Source: an uncultured Planctomycetaceae bacterium
Lineage (GTDB): Bacteria; Planctomycetota; Planctomycetia; Pirellulales; Thermoguttaceae
NCBI GenBank assembly: GCA_947307005.1
Contig: CAMZHY010000001.1
Coordinates: 1-45,707, forward strand
Direction: 5' to 3'
DNA: 45,707 nucleotides
The position numbers and the translations under genes were made by a program. Numbering within the stretch: the first letter of the stretch is position 1; every line of letters begins with the position of its first letter. Positions 1-9,638 of the stretch are shown here, in pieces. The notes under the pieces are model-generated. The model did no database searches. It was not told where the DNA came from and saw only the letters and a program-made list of their open reading frames with translations.

Positions 1-1097
1 ACAAGGGACTCGGAATCAAGACGCCAGAACCAGAAAGACGCGACGCCGCAACCGAGCATGTAAACGAAACACGCCTTCGCGCCGCGCCCGTTAAACACCT
101 TGTCCATCAAGACGCCGCTCAAAACGACGCCGCACGCGCCGAAAATCTCATAACACGCCGTCGCCCAACCCGCCGCGCTAAGATCGAGCCCTTTCGACTG
201 CGAAAGGAACGTCGGAGCCCAGTCGAGAATGGAGAAACGAACGATATAGACAAAGAAGTTCGCAAAGCAGAGAACCCAAACCGCCCAGTTCGAAAAAACG
301 TTTTTGCAAAGATCTTGGAACAGCGACGTCTTCTCTTCCTCGACAACCGGCGTTTCGGACGCTTCAGCGGGCTTTTCGGCGGTCTCGCCCTTCTTGACGC
401 CGCGCGTGCGCGCATAGTACGTCTCAACAGGTTCGAATCCTTCCTTCTCGGGAGAATCGCGAAGAGCCCAGAAAAGGAAGATCGCGCCCAAAAGGCTTAG
501 CGCCGCGGGAACGAGGAAGCAGTACTTCCATCCCAGCGCGACGACGAACGCGTTTAGAATGAAGAGGCAGCCCGCGCCAAAGTTGTGCGAAATGTTCCAC
601 GTCGCAAATTTGATCCCGTGTTCATGCGGCGCGAACCAGTGCATTAGACTCTTGGCGCAAGGAGGGAACCCCATGCCTTGCACCCATCCGTTAATGATCC
701 AGAACGACCCAATAATCCATGCGATAAGCGTCGCTCTCTCAGCTTCGGGCGCCGTCGGCATGAAGGCCGTCGCAAGGTCGCTCGCGTAACCGCAGAACAC
801 GTTCGTCAGCGCCGCGAGGAACAGACCGATCGACATAAAGTAACGAGGGTTGACGCGGTCGCTCCAGACGCCGTTGATGAATCGGGAAACGCCGTAGAGA
901 ACGCCGTGAATCGTCAGAAAGATTCCAAGCGTCGTCTTCGTCACGCCGACGGATTCAAGCCCGGGCATCGCCATCGTGATGCTTTTGCGGACGAAGTAAA
1001 AGAAGATGTATCCGATCATCGTGCCGATGAGGATACGCCATCGCCAATATTCGTAACTCGAATCAGAATGGTTGCGAATCGAGACTTTGTTCGACAT
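1..1097 (-). CDS. MFS organophosphate:Pi antiporter (GlpT/UhpC family), C-terminus cut by the window edge
   Basis: Absent from the ORF track because it runs off the edge. Reverse translation from ATG 1097-1095 reads MSNKVSIRNHSDSSYEYWRWRILIGTMIGYIFFYFVRKS..GVWSDRVNPRYFM..WVQGMGFPPCAKSLMHWF..ILDWAPTFL..MDKVFNGRGAK. This is colinear with GlpT-type transporters, and the frame stays open to base 3. Confidence 0.8.
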   Translation of the reverse strand, partial: MSNKVSIRNHSDSSYEYWRWRILIGTMIGYIFFYFVRKSITMAMPGLESVGVTKTTLGIFLTIHGVLYGVSRFINGVWSDRVNPRYFMSIGLFLAALTNVFCGYASDLATAFMPTAPEAERATLIAWIIGSFWIINGWVQGMGFPPCAKSLMHWFAPHEHGIKFATWNISHNFGAGCLFILNAFVVALGWKYCFLVPAALSLLGAIFLFWALRDSPEKEGFEPVETYYARTRGVKKGETAEKPAEASETPVVEEEKTSLFQDLCKNVFSNWAVWVLCFANFFVYIVRFSILDWAPTFLSQSKGLDLSAAGWATACYEIFGACGVVLSGVLMDKVFNGRGAKACFVYMLGCGVASFWFWRLDSESL

Positions 1098-1150
1098 AAT
1101 CAAATTTCCTCAGGACGCTGTTGTCAAAGTTGAACCGCAGGATTCCCGTC

Positions 1151-2026
1151 TCATTTGCCCGTCTTCGCTTTGACCAGAAGATCGGCGAGAACAGAGATAT
1201 TGTCGAGAACGAGTTCCGGCGTCATTCCGCTTTCTTTGAGCGATTCAAGCGTCGCCTCGCCCGTAAGCACCAGAACGCCGGGAATCTCGGCGCGGCGCGC
1301 CATCTCCATATCCGTGTAGATTCGGTCGCCGACCATCATAATCTCGTCTTTCTGGAGATTATACTTGTCCATAATGCCGCCGATCATATCCTTGTCGGGC
1401 TTGCCGGGAACCGCTTCCGGCCGACGTCCCGTCACGTTCTCAATGAGCGCCTGAACCGCGCCGCAGTCGACGAGAATCGTCGGGAGGTCGGTCGGGCAAA
1501 CCGTGTCCGGATGGGACGCGATATACGGCTTGTTTTGACCGACCCAATACGTCCCTTTGCAGAGTCGCTCGTAGGTCAGCGTCGTGTCGAAGGCGACGAC
1601 GACAAGCTCCGGCTCTTCCGTTTCGTTAAACTCGAAGATCATCGTATAGCCGTGATCGGTAAACTCTTCGCGCAGACTCGCCGTGCCGAGAACGTAAATC
1701 TTCTTGACGTCCGGATAATGCTGCTTTAGATAAAAAAACGTCGCGGACGCCGACGTCGTGATGTTGTCCGGAGTCGCTTTAAGACCGAGACTCAGAATCT
1801 TCTTGAGATAGTCTTTCGCGCTCTTTGACGAGTTGTTAGTCAGAAACGTATACTCAATCCCGATCTTTTCGAGCGTGTCGAACACGTCGCGCGTGAAGGG
1901 AAAGAGAGTTCCGCCCTTGTAGATTGTCCCGTCCATATCGAACGCGACGCGTTTGATCTTGGAAAGATCGACTCGGGGGTTGAGGTAATGAACCGGATGC
2001 GTGCCGAATGAATATTGATCGCCCAT
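1151..2026 (-). CDS. HAD-superfamily subfamily IIA hydrolase (NagD-like sugar-phosphate phosphatase)
   Basis: Carries the HAD motifs FDMDGTIY, LTNNSSKS, GKP and MVGDRIYTDM. It lies next to the sugar-phosphate transporter. Confidence 0.85.
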   Translation of the reverse strand: MGDQYSFGTHPVHYLNPRVDLSKIKRVAFDMDGTIYKGGTLFPFTRDVFDTLEKIGIEYTFLTNNSSKSAKDYLKKILSLGLKATPDNITTSASATFFYLKQHYPDVKKIYVLGTASLREEFTDHGYTMIFEFNETEEPELVVVAFDTTLTYERLCKGTYWVGQNKPYIASHPDTVCPTDLPTILVDCGAVQALIENVTGRRPEAVPGKPDKDMIGGIMDKYNLQKDEIMMVGDRIYTDMEMARRAEIPGVLVLTGEATLESLKESGMTPELVLDNISVLADLLVKAKTGK

Positions 2027-2161
2027 GCAAATAATCCTCGTAAAACCGAAGGCGCGACGCCTGGCGTTCTCGTTTTCAGTCGCCGCTTTCTTAACCGCGG
2101 CGTTTCATTCGTTCATTATACATAATGGCCGTCGACGTTTTCAAGTCGAAACGGAACGCGA

Positions 2162-2288
2162 CGTCGTTCTTTTCGTAAAAAACGGCGTTTCCTACGAGTT
2201 TGGGCGACGCGGAGAAGGCTAAATTCCCCTTAACACGGCGCGTTTTTCTGATATATTGAGGACGGTGCAAGCGTCGGAAAGAACGACG
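2162..2288 (+). promoter_or_regulatory. Structured 5' leader of ribBA; possible divergent FMN (RFN) riboswitch
   Basis: A 14-bp closing helix pairs 2162-2175 with 2275-2288 (one G-U). Internal boxes ggctaaattcccc and gacggtgcaagcgtcggaaagaa resemble RFN conserved segments. Several canonical boxes were not found. Confidence 0.3.
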
Positions 2289-2350
2289 CAAATCGCCGCC
2301 TATAAAGAATCCGTCGCGGCGTATCATTAGGAACGTTGGAAAGAAAACGT

Positions 2351-3565
2351 ATGGAAAACCAGTTCAACACGATCGAAGAAGCGATCGACGCGTTCAAAAA
2401 GGGCGAAATCATTATCGTCGTCGACGACGAAGATCGCGAAAACGAGGGCGACTTTATCTGCGCCGCCGAAAAAGTCACGCCGGAACACGTTAATTTCATG
2501 CTCGTGCACGGTCGCGGGCAAACCTGCGTTCCGCTTTTGCCCGAAACATGCCGACGTCTCGAGCTTCCCCAGATGGTTCAGCATAACACGGCGCGACTCG
2601 GAACCGCCTTCACGGTTCCCGTCGACCATGTTCAGGCGAAAACCGGCATCACGGCGCAGGAAAAGGCGATGGCAATCCGCGCGCTCGCCGATCCCGATTC
2701 CAAACCGACCGATTTTGCTCGTCCCGGTCATATTTTCCCTCTTGAAGCGAAAGAAGGAGGCGTCCTTCGCCGCGCGGGTCATACGGAAACGGCGGTCGAT
2801 CTCTGTCGTCTTGCCGGGCTCTTTCCCGCCGGTCTACTGACCGAAATTCTTGACGACACGGGCGACCGCGCTAAACGCGACGCGCTGATTAAAATGGCGC
2901 GCGATTTTAATTTGAAAATCATTACGGTCGAGGAGCTGATTAAATATCGCCGTCAACGCGAGAAGATCGTCGAGCGCGTCGCCGAGGCAAATCTTCCCAC
3001 AAAATACGGTCTTGGACGTATTTACGCGTACAAAATCAAGTACGAAACGGGCGAGCCGATCGCCATCGTTTACGGCGATCTTTCGACGAAAGAGTCGCCC
3101 CTTGTTCGACTCCATTCCTCGTGTTTCACGGGCGACCTCGTCGCGTCGCTACGCTGCGATTGCGGCGATCAGTTGCGTCTTGCGCTCGAAAAAATTCAAG
3201 AAGAGGGCGTCGGCGTTCTCGTTTATCTTCCTCAAGAAGGACGAGGCATCGGACTCGTTGAAAAAATCAAAGCGTACGCGCTTCAGGATAAAGGAATGGA
3301 CACGTGCGACGCGAATCTCGCGCTCGGTTTCCCCGTCGATCTCCGCGATTACGGGATCGGAATTCAGATTCTCAAAGACCTCGGTCTTCATAAGATTCGT
3401 TTGATGACCAACAACTCCAAAAAAGTCGACGCTTTCATCTACAGCGGTTTCGATCTCTCCGTTACGGAACAGGTTCCGATCCAAGCGCCGGTCAACGAAT
3501 ACAATCGGTTCTACCTCGAAACCAAACGCGATCGCATGGGACACGCGCTCGGAGACGACGTTTGA
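2351..3565 (+). CDS. ribBA: Bifunctional 3,4-dihydroxy-2-butanone-4-phosphate synthase / GTP cyclohydrolase II
   Basis: The N-terminal half has the RibB pattern (VVDDEDRENEGD, HTE). The C-terminal half has the RibA Cys cluster (CFTGD..CDCG) and the EGRGIGL motif. The first ATG is at 2351; the track ORF starts at TTG 2336. Confidence 0.95.
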   Translation: MENQFNTIEEAIDAFKKGEIIIVVDDEDRENEGDFICAAEKVTPEHVNFMLVHGRGQTCVPLLPETCRRLELPQMVQHNTARLGTAFTVPVDHVQAKTGITAQEKAMAIRALADPDSKPTDFARPGHIFPLEAKEGGVLRRAGHTETAVDLCRLAGLFPAGLLTEILDDTGDRAKRDALIKMARDFNLKIITVEELIKYRRQREKIVERVAEANLPTKYGLGRIYAYKIKYETGEPIAIVYGDLSTKESPLVRLHSSCFTGDLVASLRCDCGDQLRLALEKIQEEGVGVLVYLPQEGRGIGLVEKIKAYALQDKGMDTCDANLALGFPVDLRDYGIGIQILKDLGLHKIRLMTNNSKKVDAFIYSGFDLSVTEQVPIQAPVNEYNRFYLETKRDRMGHALGDDV

Positions 3566-3601
3566 CGTTGAAACGGCCGTCGGTCGCCTAAAAAGAGAAA
3601 A

Positions 3602-3640
3602 CCGCGTTCCTCGTCGATGGAAGGAACGCGGCTTTTTTTT
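3602..3640. terminator. Bidirectional rho-independent terminator between ribBA and rny
   Basis: A 10-bp stem ccgcgttcct/aggaacgcgg is followed by T8 on the + strand and by ttttctcttttt on the - strand. Confidence 0.8.
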
Positions 3641-3656
3641 CGGCGCGACGCGGTTT

Positions 3657-5327
3657 TCACTTCGCGACTTCAGTCGCGCGCGTTTCGCGAATAACCGTAA
3701 CCTTGATTTCGCCTGAGAAATTCAGCCGTTCGCGTAACGCCGCGACGATATCGCGACATATTTTAGCGGCGCTTTCGTCGGTCGTTTTGTTCGGATTAAC
3801 CATGACGCGCATCTCGCGCCCCGCCTGAACGGCAAACGCGCTCTCGACGCAGGAAAAGCTCTTGGCGATTTTCTCAAACTCTTCCATGCGACGAACGTAG
3901 TTCTCGAGCGTTTCCCGGCGCGCGCCAGGTCGAGACGCGCTGCACGCGTCGGCCGCCGCGACAATCGTCGTATAAGGACTCGCAATTCGAGGATCCTCGT
4001 GATGATTGAGCGCCGCGTCGACGACTTCCGGCGGCTCGTTGTAGCGTCGCAACAACTCGGCGCCAATTCTCGGGTGACCGCCTTCGACTTCATGATCGAT
4101 CGACTTGCCGACGTCGTGTAGAAGTCCGCAACGGCGCGCAAGTTCCTCGTCGAGTCCCATTTCGGCTGCGATCATACCGGAAATAAACGCGACTTCCACT
4201 GAATGTCGCAATACGTTTTGACTATAGCTCGTCCGGAAGCAGAGTCGACCAAGGTAGTGAACCAACTTGCTATGCAGATATCGAACGTTCGTTTCTTCGC
4301 ACGCTTCAAAACCTTGTCTTTCAATGAACTCCTGAACGTCTTTGTGAGTCTGGGCGTGGACTTCCTCGATGCGCGCGGGGTGAATGCGTCCGTCTGCGAT
4401 AAGCCTCGACAGAGTAAGTCGCGCCTCCTCGCGCCGCACCATGTCGAACGCGCTTACAATCACGACGCCCGGCGTGTCGTCGATGACAAGATCGACTCCC
4501 GTCACTCGCTCGAAAGCGCGAATATTGCGTCCCTCGCGACCGATAATGCGTCCTTTCATATCGTCGTTGGGAATATCGACCGTGCTGGTCGTCGCTTCGG
4601 ACGTGTGCGCCGCGGCGTAACGCTGGATTGCCGTGAGAATAATATGGCGCGCCGCGGCTTGGCTCTTTTCCGTCGCCGCTCTTTCATGTTTAAGGATAAC
4701 CGCGCCCTCCTCTTCCGTAAGCTCCTTGTCTAGCCGCTCCAGGATTTCCTTCTTCGCCTCTTCTTTCGTCAGGTTGGCAACCTCGTATAATTTGCGTTCC
4801 TGTTCGACGAGCGACGCGGAAAGCTTCTCGTTGATTTCGAGCTGTTCCTTGATCTTCTTGTCGAGATCGTCGCGCGTCTTGGCAAGCGTCTTTTCCTGAA
4901 TGCGCAGTTCTGTCGATTGTCGTTCAAGGTCCGCTTGACTGCGCGCTAAAATCCGTTCCTTTTCAGAAAGCTCGCGGAGCGCCTCGCGCTTTTCCGTTTC
5001 GAACTCCTCCTTCTGACGCATCTCCTTTTCTTTCATCGCGATCTCGGCTTCACGGCGGAAATTATCCGCGTCAATCTGAGCGCGAGAACGAGTCGCGTCG
5101 GCGTCCTTGGTCGCAAGCGAGCGCAATTCGTCGGCGTCTTTCTGAGTTCGTTCTGAAATACGGCGCGCCTCTTCTTTGGCGTTTTCAACGATCGTCTGCG
5201 CTTCCGAGAGAGCGTCGGTCTTTCTTATCTTGTCAAAGTAACGAACGACCCAATAGACGCCCCCGCCTGAAATGATGGCGGCGCAAACAAGCGCCAAGAG
5301 AATGATAAAAATGGTTGCGGGTTCCAT
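3657..5327 (-). CDS. rny: Ribonuclease Y
   Basis: N-terminal TM helix, long E/K/R coiled coil, KH domain (GRIIGREGRNIRAFE) and HD domain (LLHDVGK). Confidence 0.95.
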   Translation of the reverse strand: MEPATIFIILLALVCAAIISGGGVYWVVRYFDKIRKTDALSEAQTIVENAKEEARRISERTQKDADELRSLATKDADATRSRAQIDADNFRREAEIAMKEKEMRQKEEFETEKREALRELSEKERILARSQADLERQSTELRIQEKTLAKTRDDLDKKIKEQLEINEKLSASLVEQERKLYEVANLTKEEAKKEILERLDKELTEEEGAVILKHERAATEKSQAAARHIILTAIQRYAAAHTSEATTSTVDIPNDDMKGRIIGREGRNIRAFERVTGVDLVIDDTPGVVIVSAFDMVRREEARLTLSRLIADGRIHPARIEEVHAQTHKDVQEFIERQGFEACEETNVRYLHSKLVHYLGRLCFRTSYSQNVLRHSVEVAFISGMIAAEMGLDEELARRCGLLHDVGKSIDHEVEGGHPRIGAELLRRYNEPPEVVDAALNHHEDPRIASPYTTIVAAADACSASRPGARRETLENYVRRMEEFEKIAKSFSCVESAFAVQAGREMRVMVNPNKTTDESAAKICRDIVAALRERLNFSGEIKVTVIRETRATEVAK

Positions 5328-5933
5328 ATCGAAAATATTCCCAGCGTCGCCTCTTGGAACGCGCTGCGAAGCGATTAAAAGATATTTCGAAAAGAGAATT
5401 ACACGCGTTGCGCGCCAGCGCCTTGCCCCCGTCGTTCGCGTCTACAAAACAACGCGTCGCGGTCGCGTCCTTTCGCCGGACGTTCGTCGACTTACCTAAT
5501 CGGCGAAAACGAGACGCTAAAACCAAACGACGGAACCCCCGCGGACGTCGACGAAGCATCGGCGTCGAATAGTCCGCGGCGCAACGTAGTATCGCGTCGA
5601 GTTTGACAAGCTTAAGACGGTAAAAAACGCGTGAACAGCCGGAAAAGCGAATTCTCCGACGAATATATAAAACTCGTCCCTTGAGGAACGAAAAATACGC
5701 GCGACGCTCGTTGTGATTTAGCGTCTATCTCAACCGCATAAGATTTGTCTACCCGATTATTCTAATATCTTCGAATCAACTCGCGCGAGTTTGCTCGCGA
5801 AGTCTAACGCTTTAAAGTTAAAAAGCCAAGCGCCGTAGTCGTTGCGCCCCAAGACGACCAACGATTGACGCTCTCAGCGTCATTGTACTTCAATTCGAAG
5901 TCGCGCGCAAGCGGAAAAGATGAAAACCTCCGA

Positions 5934-5978
5934 CGGAAAGAAACCCGCGCCCAAAAAGAAACAACATTCGGCGCGGGC
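5934..5978 (-). terminator. Putative rho-independent terminator downstream of frr
   Basis: An 8-bp GC stem pairs cccgcgcc (5944-5951) with ggcgcggg (5970-5977). It is followed on the minus strand by tttctttcc. Confidence 0.5.
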
Positions 5979-6010
5979 GGAGATTTAACGACTGTTCAAA
6001 ACTAGAACCG

Positions 6011-6571
6011 TCATTCGTCCATGACGTCTTTTTCACGATTCTTGGCGAGTTCGGTCGCCATATCCTCATATTTCTTCGTCAGATCCTGAATCGATTCTTT
6101 TGCGGAATCTCGCTCGTCTTCCGAGATAGTTTTCGCCTTTTCTTCCGCGTCGATCTGCTTATTGCCGTCGCGGCGGACGTTGCGAATCGCAATTTTGCAC
6201 TCTTCGCAAAAATCTCGTATCATTGTCGCCATCTTGCGGCGAACTTCCGTTGAAAGAGGCGGAATATTGAGACGGATCACTTTGCCGTCGTTATTCGGCG
6301 CATATCCGACGTTCGAGGCAAGAATCCCTTTTTCAATATCCTTAAGCGTGCCGACGTCAAAAGGACGGATCAATATCTGCTGCGGTTCCGGACACGCAAT
6401 CGTCGCCAGTTGCTTAAGAGGAGTCTCGCAACCATACGCCGTCACGCGAACGCCCTCGACGAGCCCCGGAGTCGCGCGTCCCGTACGCACCGTCGCCAAC
6501 CCTTTGCGAAGGTGAGCGACCGCTTTTTCCATTTTTTCTTCAACCTCAAACAATATTTCATCTGTCGACAT
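6011..6571 (-). CDS. frr: Ribosome recycling factor
   Basis: 186 aa with a typical RRF sequence (RTGRATPGLVEGVRV, IRNVRRD). Confidence 0.95.
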   Translation of the reverse strand: MSTDEILFEVEEKMEKAVAHLRKGLATVRTGRATPGLVEGVRVTAYGCETPLKQLATIACPEPQQILIRPFDVGTLKDIEKGILASNVGYAPNNDGKVIRLNIPPLSTEVRRKMATMIRDFCEECKIAIRNVRRDGNKQIDAEEKAKTISEDERDSAKESIQDLTKKYEDMATELAKNREKDVMDE

Positions 6572-6830
6572 CTGCGTTCCCTCGTTTCCGCGCGATTTAA
6601 AAGGGCGGCGTCTCCGCCAATCGCGCGTGAAAGTTCTAGAGAAAGCGTCTCAGCGCGCGATCAAACCGAGTTCAATATAAGATAAAAAACCGTCGCGCGC
6701 AAGAGTCTAGCGAAAAATTTCAGAGCGATTACGCCAAAACGCTCCCGAGCGTCAAACGTTCGAGAGCGTTTCGTCTTCAACTAATCATGCGCGCGTTCCT
6801 AAGAACTAAACGCTACCGATTGGAATCGTC

Positions 6831-9638
6831 TCATTCATCCTTGGAATCAGACTTTTTATCTTCTTCCTCGTTAGCTCCATCGCCATAGCCTGAACCATAA
6901 CCGGAGCCGTAACCCGCGCCATAGCCGCCGCCATAACCGTTGCCATAGCCCGCGCCATAGCCCGCGCCGTAACCCGCGCCGTAGCCGGATCCATAACCGC
7001 CGCCATAACCCGAACCATAACCAGCTCCATAACCGGCTCCATAACCGCCGCCGTAGCCGTAGCCGTAGCCGCGCCCATAACCGCCGCCATAGCCGCCGCC
7101 GTAACCTCCGCCATAGCCGCCGCCGTAGCCATAACCGTAGCCGCCGCCATAATCAGTCGAGGATTCTTCTTCAAGCGCCAGTTCGTTGTAGAAGTGGTGT
7201 TTCGCGTAAAGGTTGACTATGCACCCCAGAAGGTTTGCGCCGACTTCCGCAAGACTCCTGACGCCAGTAATAACGTCGGGACGTCCGCGGCGACGAATTC
7301 GGAAGATGTAGAAGACTCCGTCGACGCGCGGCGCGATCGACTGCGCGTCGTTTACATACAGAATCGGAGGCGCGTCGATGAGCACCACGTCGTACTTCTC
7401 GCGAAGTTCCGCAAGAAGTTGATCAAAGTTCTGACTCGCAAGAAGCTCGGCGGAGTTCTTGCGTTTCGTGCCTGACGTTACGACGTACAGGTTCTTAATA
7501 GGAGTCTCGTGCGTGGTCGAATCAATATCGGCGCTTCCTGAAAGAACGTTGGAAAGCCCCTCGTCGTTCACAAGCCCGAACCATTTATGAACGTCCGGCT
7601 TTCTCATGTCGCCGTCGATCAAAAGCACTTTCTTGCCCGCTTCCGCAACTTTAACGGCAAGGTTGGAAATACACATCGTTTTACCGTCGCCAGGGTGAGG
7701 ACTCGTGCCCATGACGATCACGCAACCGCTGCCCTTACGCTGACTAAAGAGTTTGGTGCGCACCTGACGGAAGAGTTCGCTCATTTGGTCGTTCGAATGA
7801 TAGTACGCAAAGAGCGCGGGATCGGGCAAATGAGCCTCGAGATTCTCTCGTCGCTTCTTTGGCGTAATGTCCTTGAAACGCGCCATAAAGGACGGAATCT
7901 GAACGAGTATCGGAATACGGCACGACCGAACGACTTCTGTCGGAGAGTGGAACGTCGCGTCTGTGATATCGACGAGGTACGCGATCACCACGCCAAGAAC
8001 CACGCCAAGAATGAAACCGACTGCAATGAACCGGAATAGGTTCGGATAAACCGGATTCCCGTTCGCCGTCGCCTGCGACAACACTTCAACCTGATACGTG
8101 TTCACGTCGCTCATGAGCGCAAGTTGCTTCAAACTCTGGTCCAAGCGTTCCTGCATCGATTTAAGAGATTCGATCGACAGTTTCTTCGTCTCGATCGTCT
8201 CGCGATATTCGGTAATCGCTCGAACTTCGTCGTCTTTGGCCTCGACATACGTATTGATCTTTGTCTTTTCCTCGCGCAACTCGGCCATACGCTGCTGAAG
8301 AGCGTTAATGTAAGTCTGAAGCAATTGGGGATACTTAATCAGACCGATTCGACCCGTCTCGCCTGCGGTCGATTCTCGAGACGCCTCAACTTCTTCTTCA
8401 AGGTGTTGAATCTGATCGCGAAGCGAAACAATCGTCGGGTGGTCTTCCGCTAACTGCTTCTGAGCTTCCACAAGCTTCATTTGGAGTTCGAGGAGCTTCT
8501 GCTGCATCGATCCTTCGGTTCGCGATATAATGTTCGATATCGCGATCTGCTCCGCGTCGCCGCTACCGTGAGCGGTCGATATGAGCGTGCCAAGAATACC
8601 GACGTCCTCGCCGCCGCTGATCAGCGCCATGATTTCCGTCTCGGGAATATCCTCAAAATCACGGCCAGCGATCGCCGATTCAAGCGCTTCGACTCGGTTT
8701 TCAAGCTTAAGGAGCTGGAAATCGATGTCGACCATATTTTCGCTCATCTTGACGAGCGACGTCAAAAGCGGGTTGTTCTCCTCGCTTCCAATGAAGGTGA
8801 CTTGAGACGTCTGGATAAATTCGAAAAGATCCTTCTTCTTTTCCTCGATATCCGCCTCAAGTTCCAGCTTAGAATCTTCAATCGCGGCCTTCACGTCGTT
8901 ATTCGTACGGTTGTACTTTTCCGTAAAATAAATCTGATACTGTTCGACGACCGTGTTCACAATCATCGCCGCTTCCTTCGGTTCGAGCGACTGACACGAA
9001 ATCATCAACGTGTTGGCGTCTTTAAAATCTCGCTGATCGCCGCCAATCCTGACGGAAATCATATCTTTGAGCGCGTTAATCGCTATATCATCGTTCTGCT
9101 GAATAGCTTCCGAGTTCGGATTGACCGTGCGCAACATTTTGCGCTTTTCTGGATCATTAATAATATTTCGCCACGTGTTCGCAAGAATCTGATATGACTT
9201 GACAATAATTGCGTGGGTTTCAATCTTCTCGCCGCGAAGGTTGCTTGACGTAATGCCGGCACCTCGTTCAACGCCGCTCAAAACCGACGCGGAGTTGGTC
9301 ACGGGAATGAACAAACTCGCGCTCGCCGCGTATCGCTTCGGCTGGTTGACGAAAAGGTAACCGGCGACAGCCGTCGCGGCAACCGCCATGAGAATGACGA
9401 TCCACGCTTGGCGTTCTAGAATATTGACGAAGTCGAAGAGGTTCAACTCGCGACCCACTCGCGGCGACGGCTGCAACGCGGCCGTAACCGAGCGCTGCAT
9501 CGTTTCGGAACCGCGGCGACCGCCGCGCGATTTCGATCGGGATCGCGAAGACGAAGACGCGCCTCGTTGCGCTTGCTGAGCAGAGTCTCCGACGTTTTCC
9601 GGCTTGTTGGACGTTTGATTTTCGGGATTATTAGCCAT
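6831..9638 (-). CDS. Polysaccharide co-polymerase / bacterial tyrosine autokinase (Wzc/GumC-like BY-kinase) with hyper-expanded C-terminal Tyr cluster
   Basis: Wzz-like N-terminal region with a TM helix, long coiled coil and a second TM helix. The kinase domain has Walker A GDGKT, Walker A' LLIDGDMRKP and Walker B VVLIDAPP. The tail is (G-x-G-Y)n. Confidence 0.9.
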   Translation of the reverse strand: MANNPENQTSNKPENVGDSAQQAQRGASSSSRSRSKSRGGRRGSETMQRSVTAALQPSPRVGRELNLFDFVNILERQAWIVILMAVAATAVAGYLFVNQPKRYAASASLFIPVTNSASVLSGVERGAGITSSNLRGEKIETHAIIVKSYQILANTWRNIINDPEKRKMLRTVNPNSEAIQQNDDIAINALKDMISVRIGGDQRDFKDANTLMISCQSLEPKEAAMIVNTVVEQYQIYFTEKYNRTNNDVKAAIEDSKLELEADIEEKKKDLFEFIQTSQVTFIGSEENNPLLTSLVKMSENMVDIDFQLLKLENRVEALESAIAGRDFEDIPETEIMALISGGEDVGILGTLISTAHGSGDAEQIAISNIISRTEGSMQQKLLELQMKLVEAQKQLAEDHPTIVSLRDQIQHLEEEVEASRESTAGETGRIGLIKYPQLLQTYINALQQRMAELREEKTKINTYVEAKDDEVRAITEYRETIETKKLSIESLKSMQERLDQSLKQLALMSDVNTYQVEVLSQATANGNPVYPNLFRFIAVGFILGVVLGVVIAYLVDITDATFHSPTEVVRSCRIPILVQIPSFMARFKDITPKKRRENLEAHLPDPALFAYYHSNDQMSELFRQVRTKLFSQRKGSGCVIVMGTSPHPGDGKTMCISNLAVKVAEAGKKVLLIDGDMRKPDVHKWFGLVNDEGLSNVLSGSADIDSTTHETPIKNLYVVTSGTKRKNSAELLASQNFDQLLAELREKYDVVLIDAPPILYVNDAQSIAPRVDGVFYIFRIRRRGRPDVITGVRSLAEVGANLLGCIVNLYAKHHFYNELALEEESSTDYGGGYGYGYGGGYGGGYGGGYGGGYGRGYGYGYGGGYGAGYGAGYGSGYGGGYGSGYGAGYGAGYGAGYGNGYGGGYGAGYGSGYGSGYGDGANEEEDKKSDSKDE
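6885..7151 (-). repeat. Coding tandem repeat (GGC/GGN-TAT units) encoding an 89-aa GYG tract
   Basis: ccataaccgcc/ccatagccgcc-type units are visible on the + strand. Translation gives 25 Tyr by my count, all flanked by Gly, Ala or Ser. Confidence 0.9.

Noticed and set aside
119-1729. Several plus- and minus-strand ORFs (119-427, 678-1133, 1121-1729) over the left end.
   Set aside because: They overlap the GlpT-like and HAD genes, which have strong family signatures. Their translations are R-rich and motif-free.
6806-7174. 122-aa Ala/Met/Val-rich ORF in an alternative frame of the GYG repeat.
   Set aside because: It is a frame-shifted reading of the same tandem repeat inside the BY-kinase gene and has no independent support.
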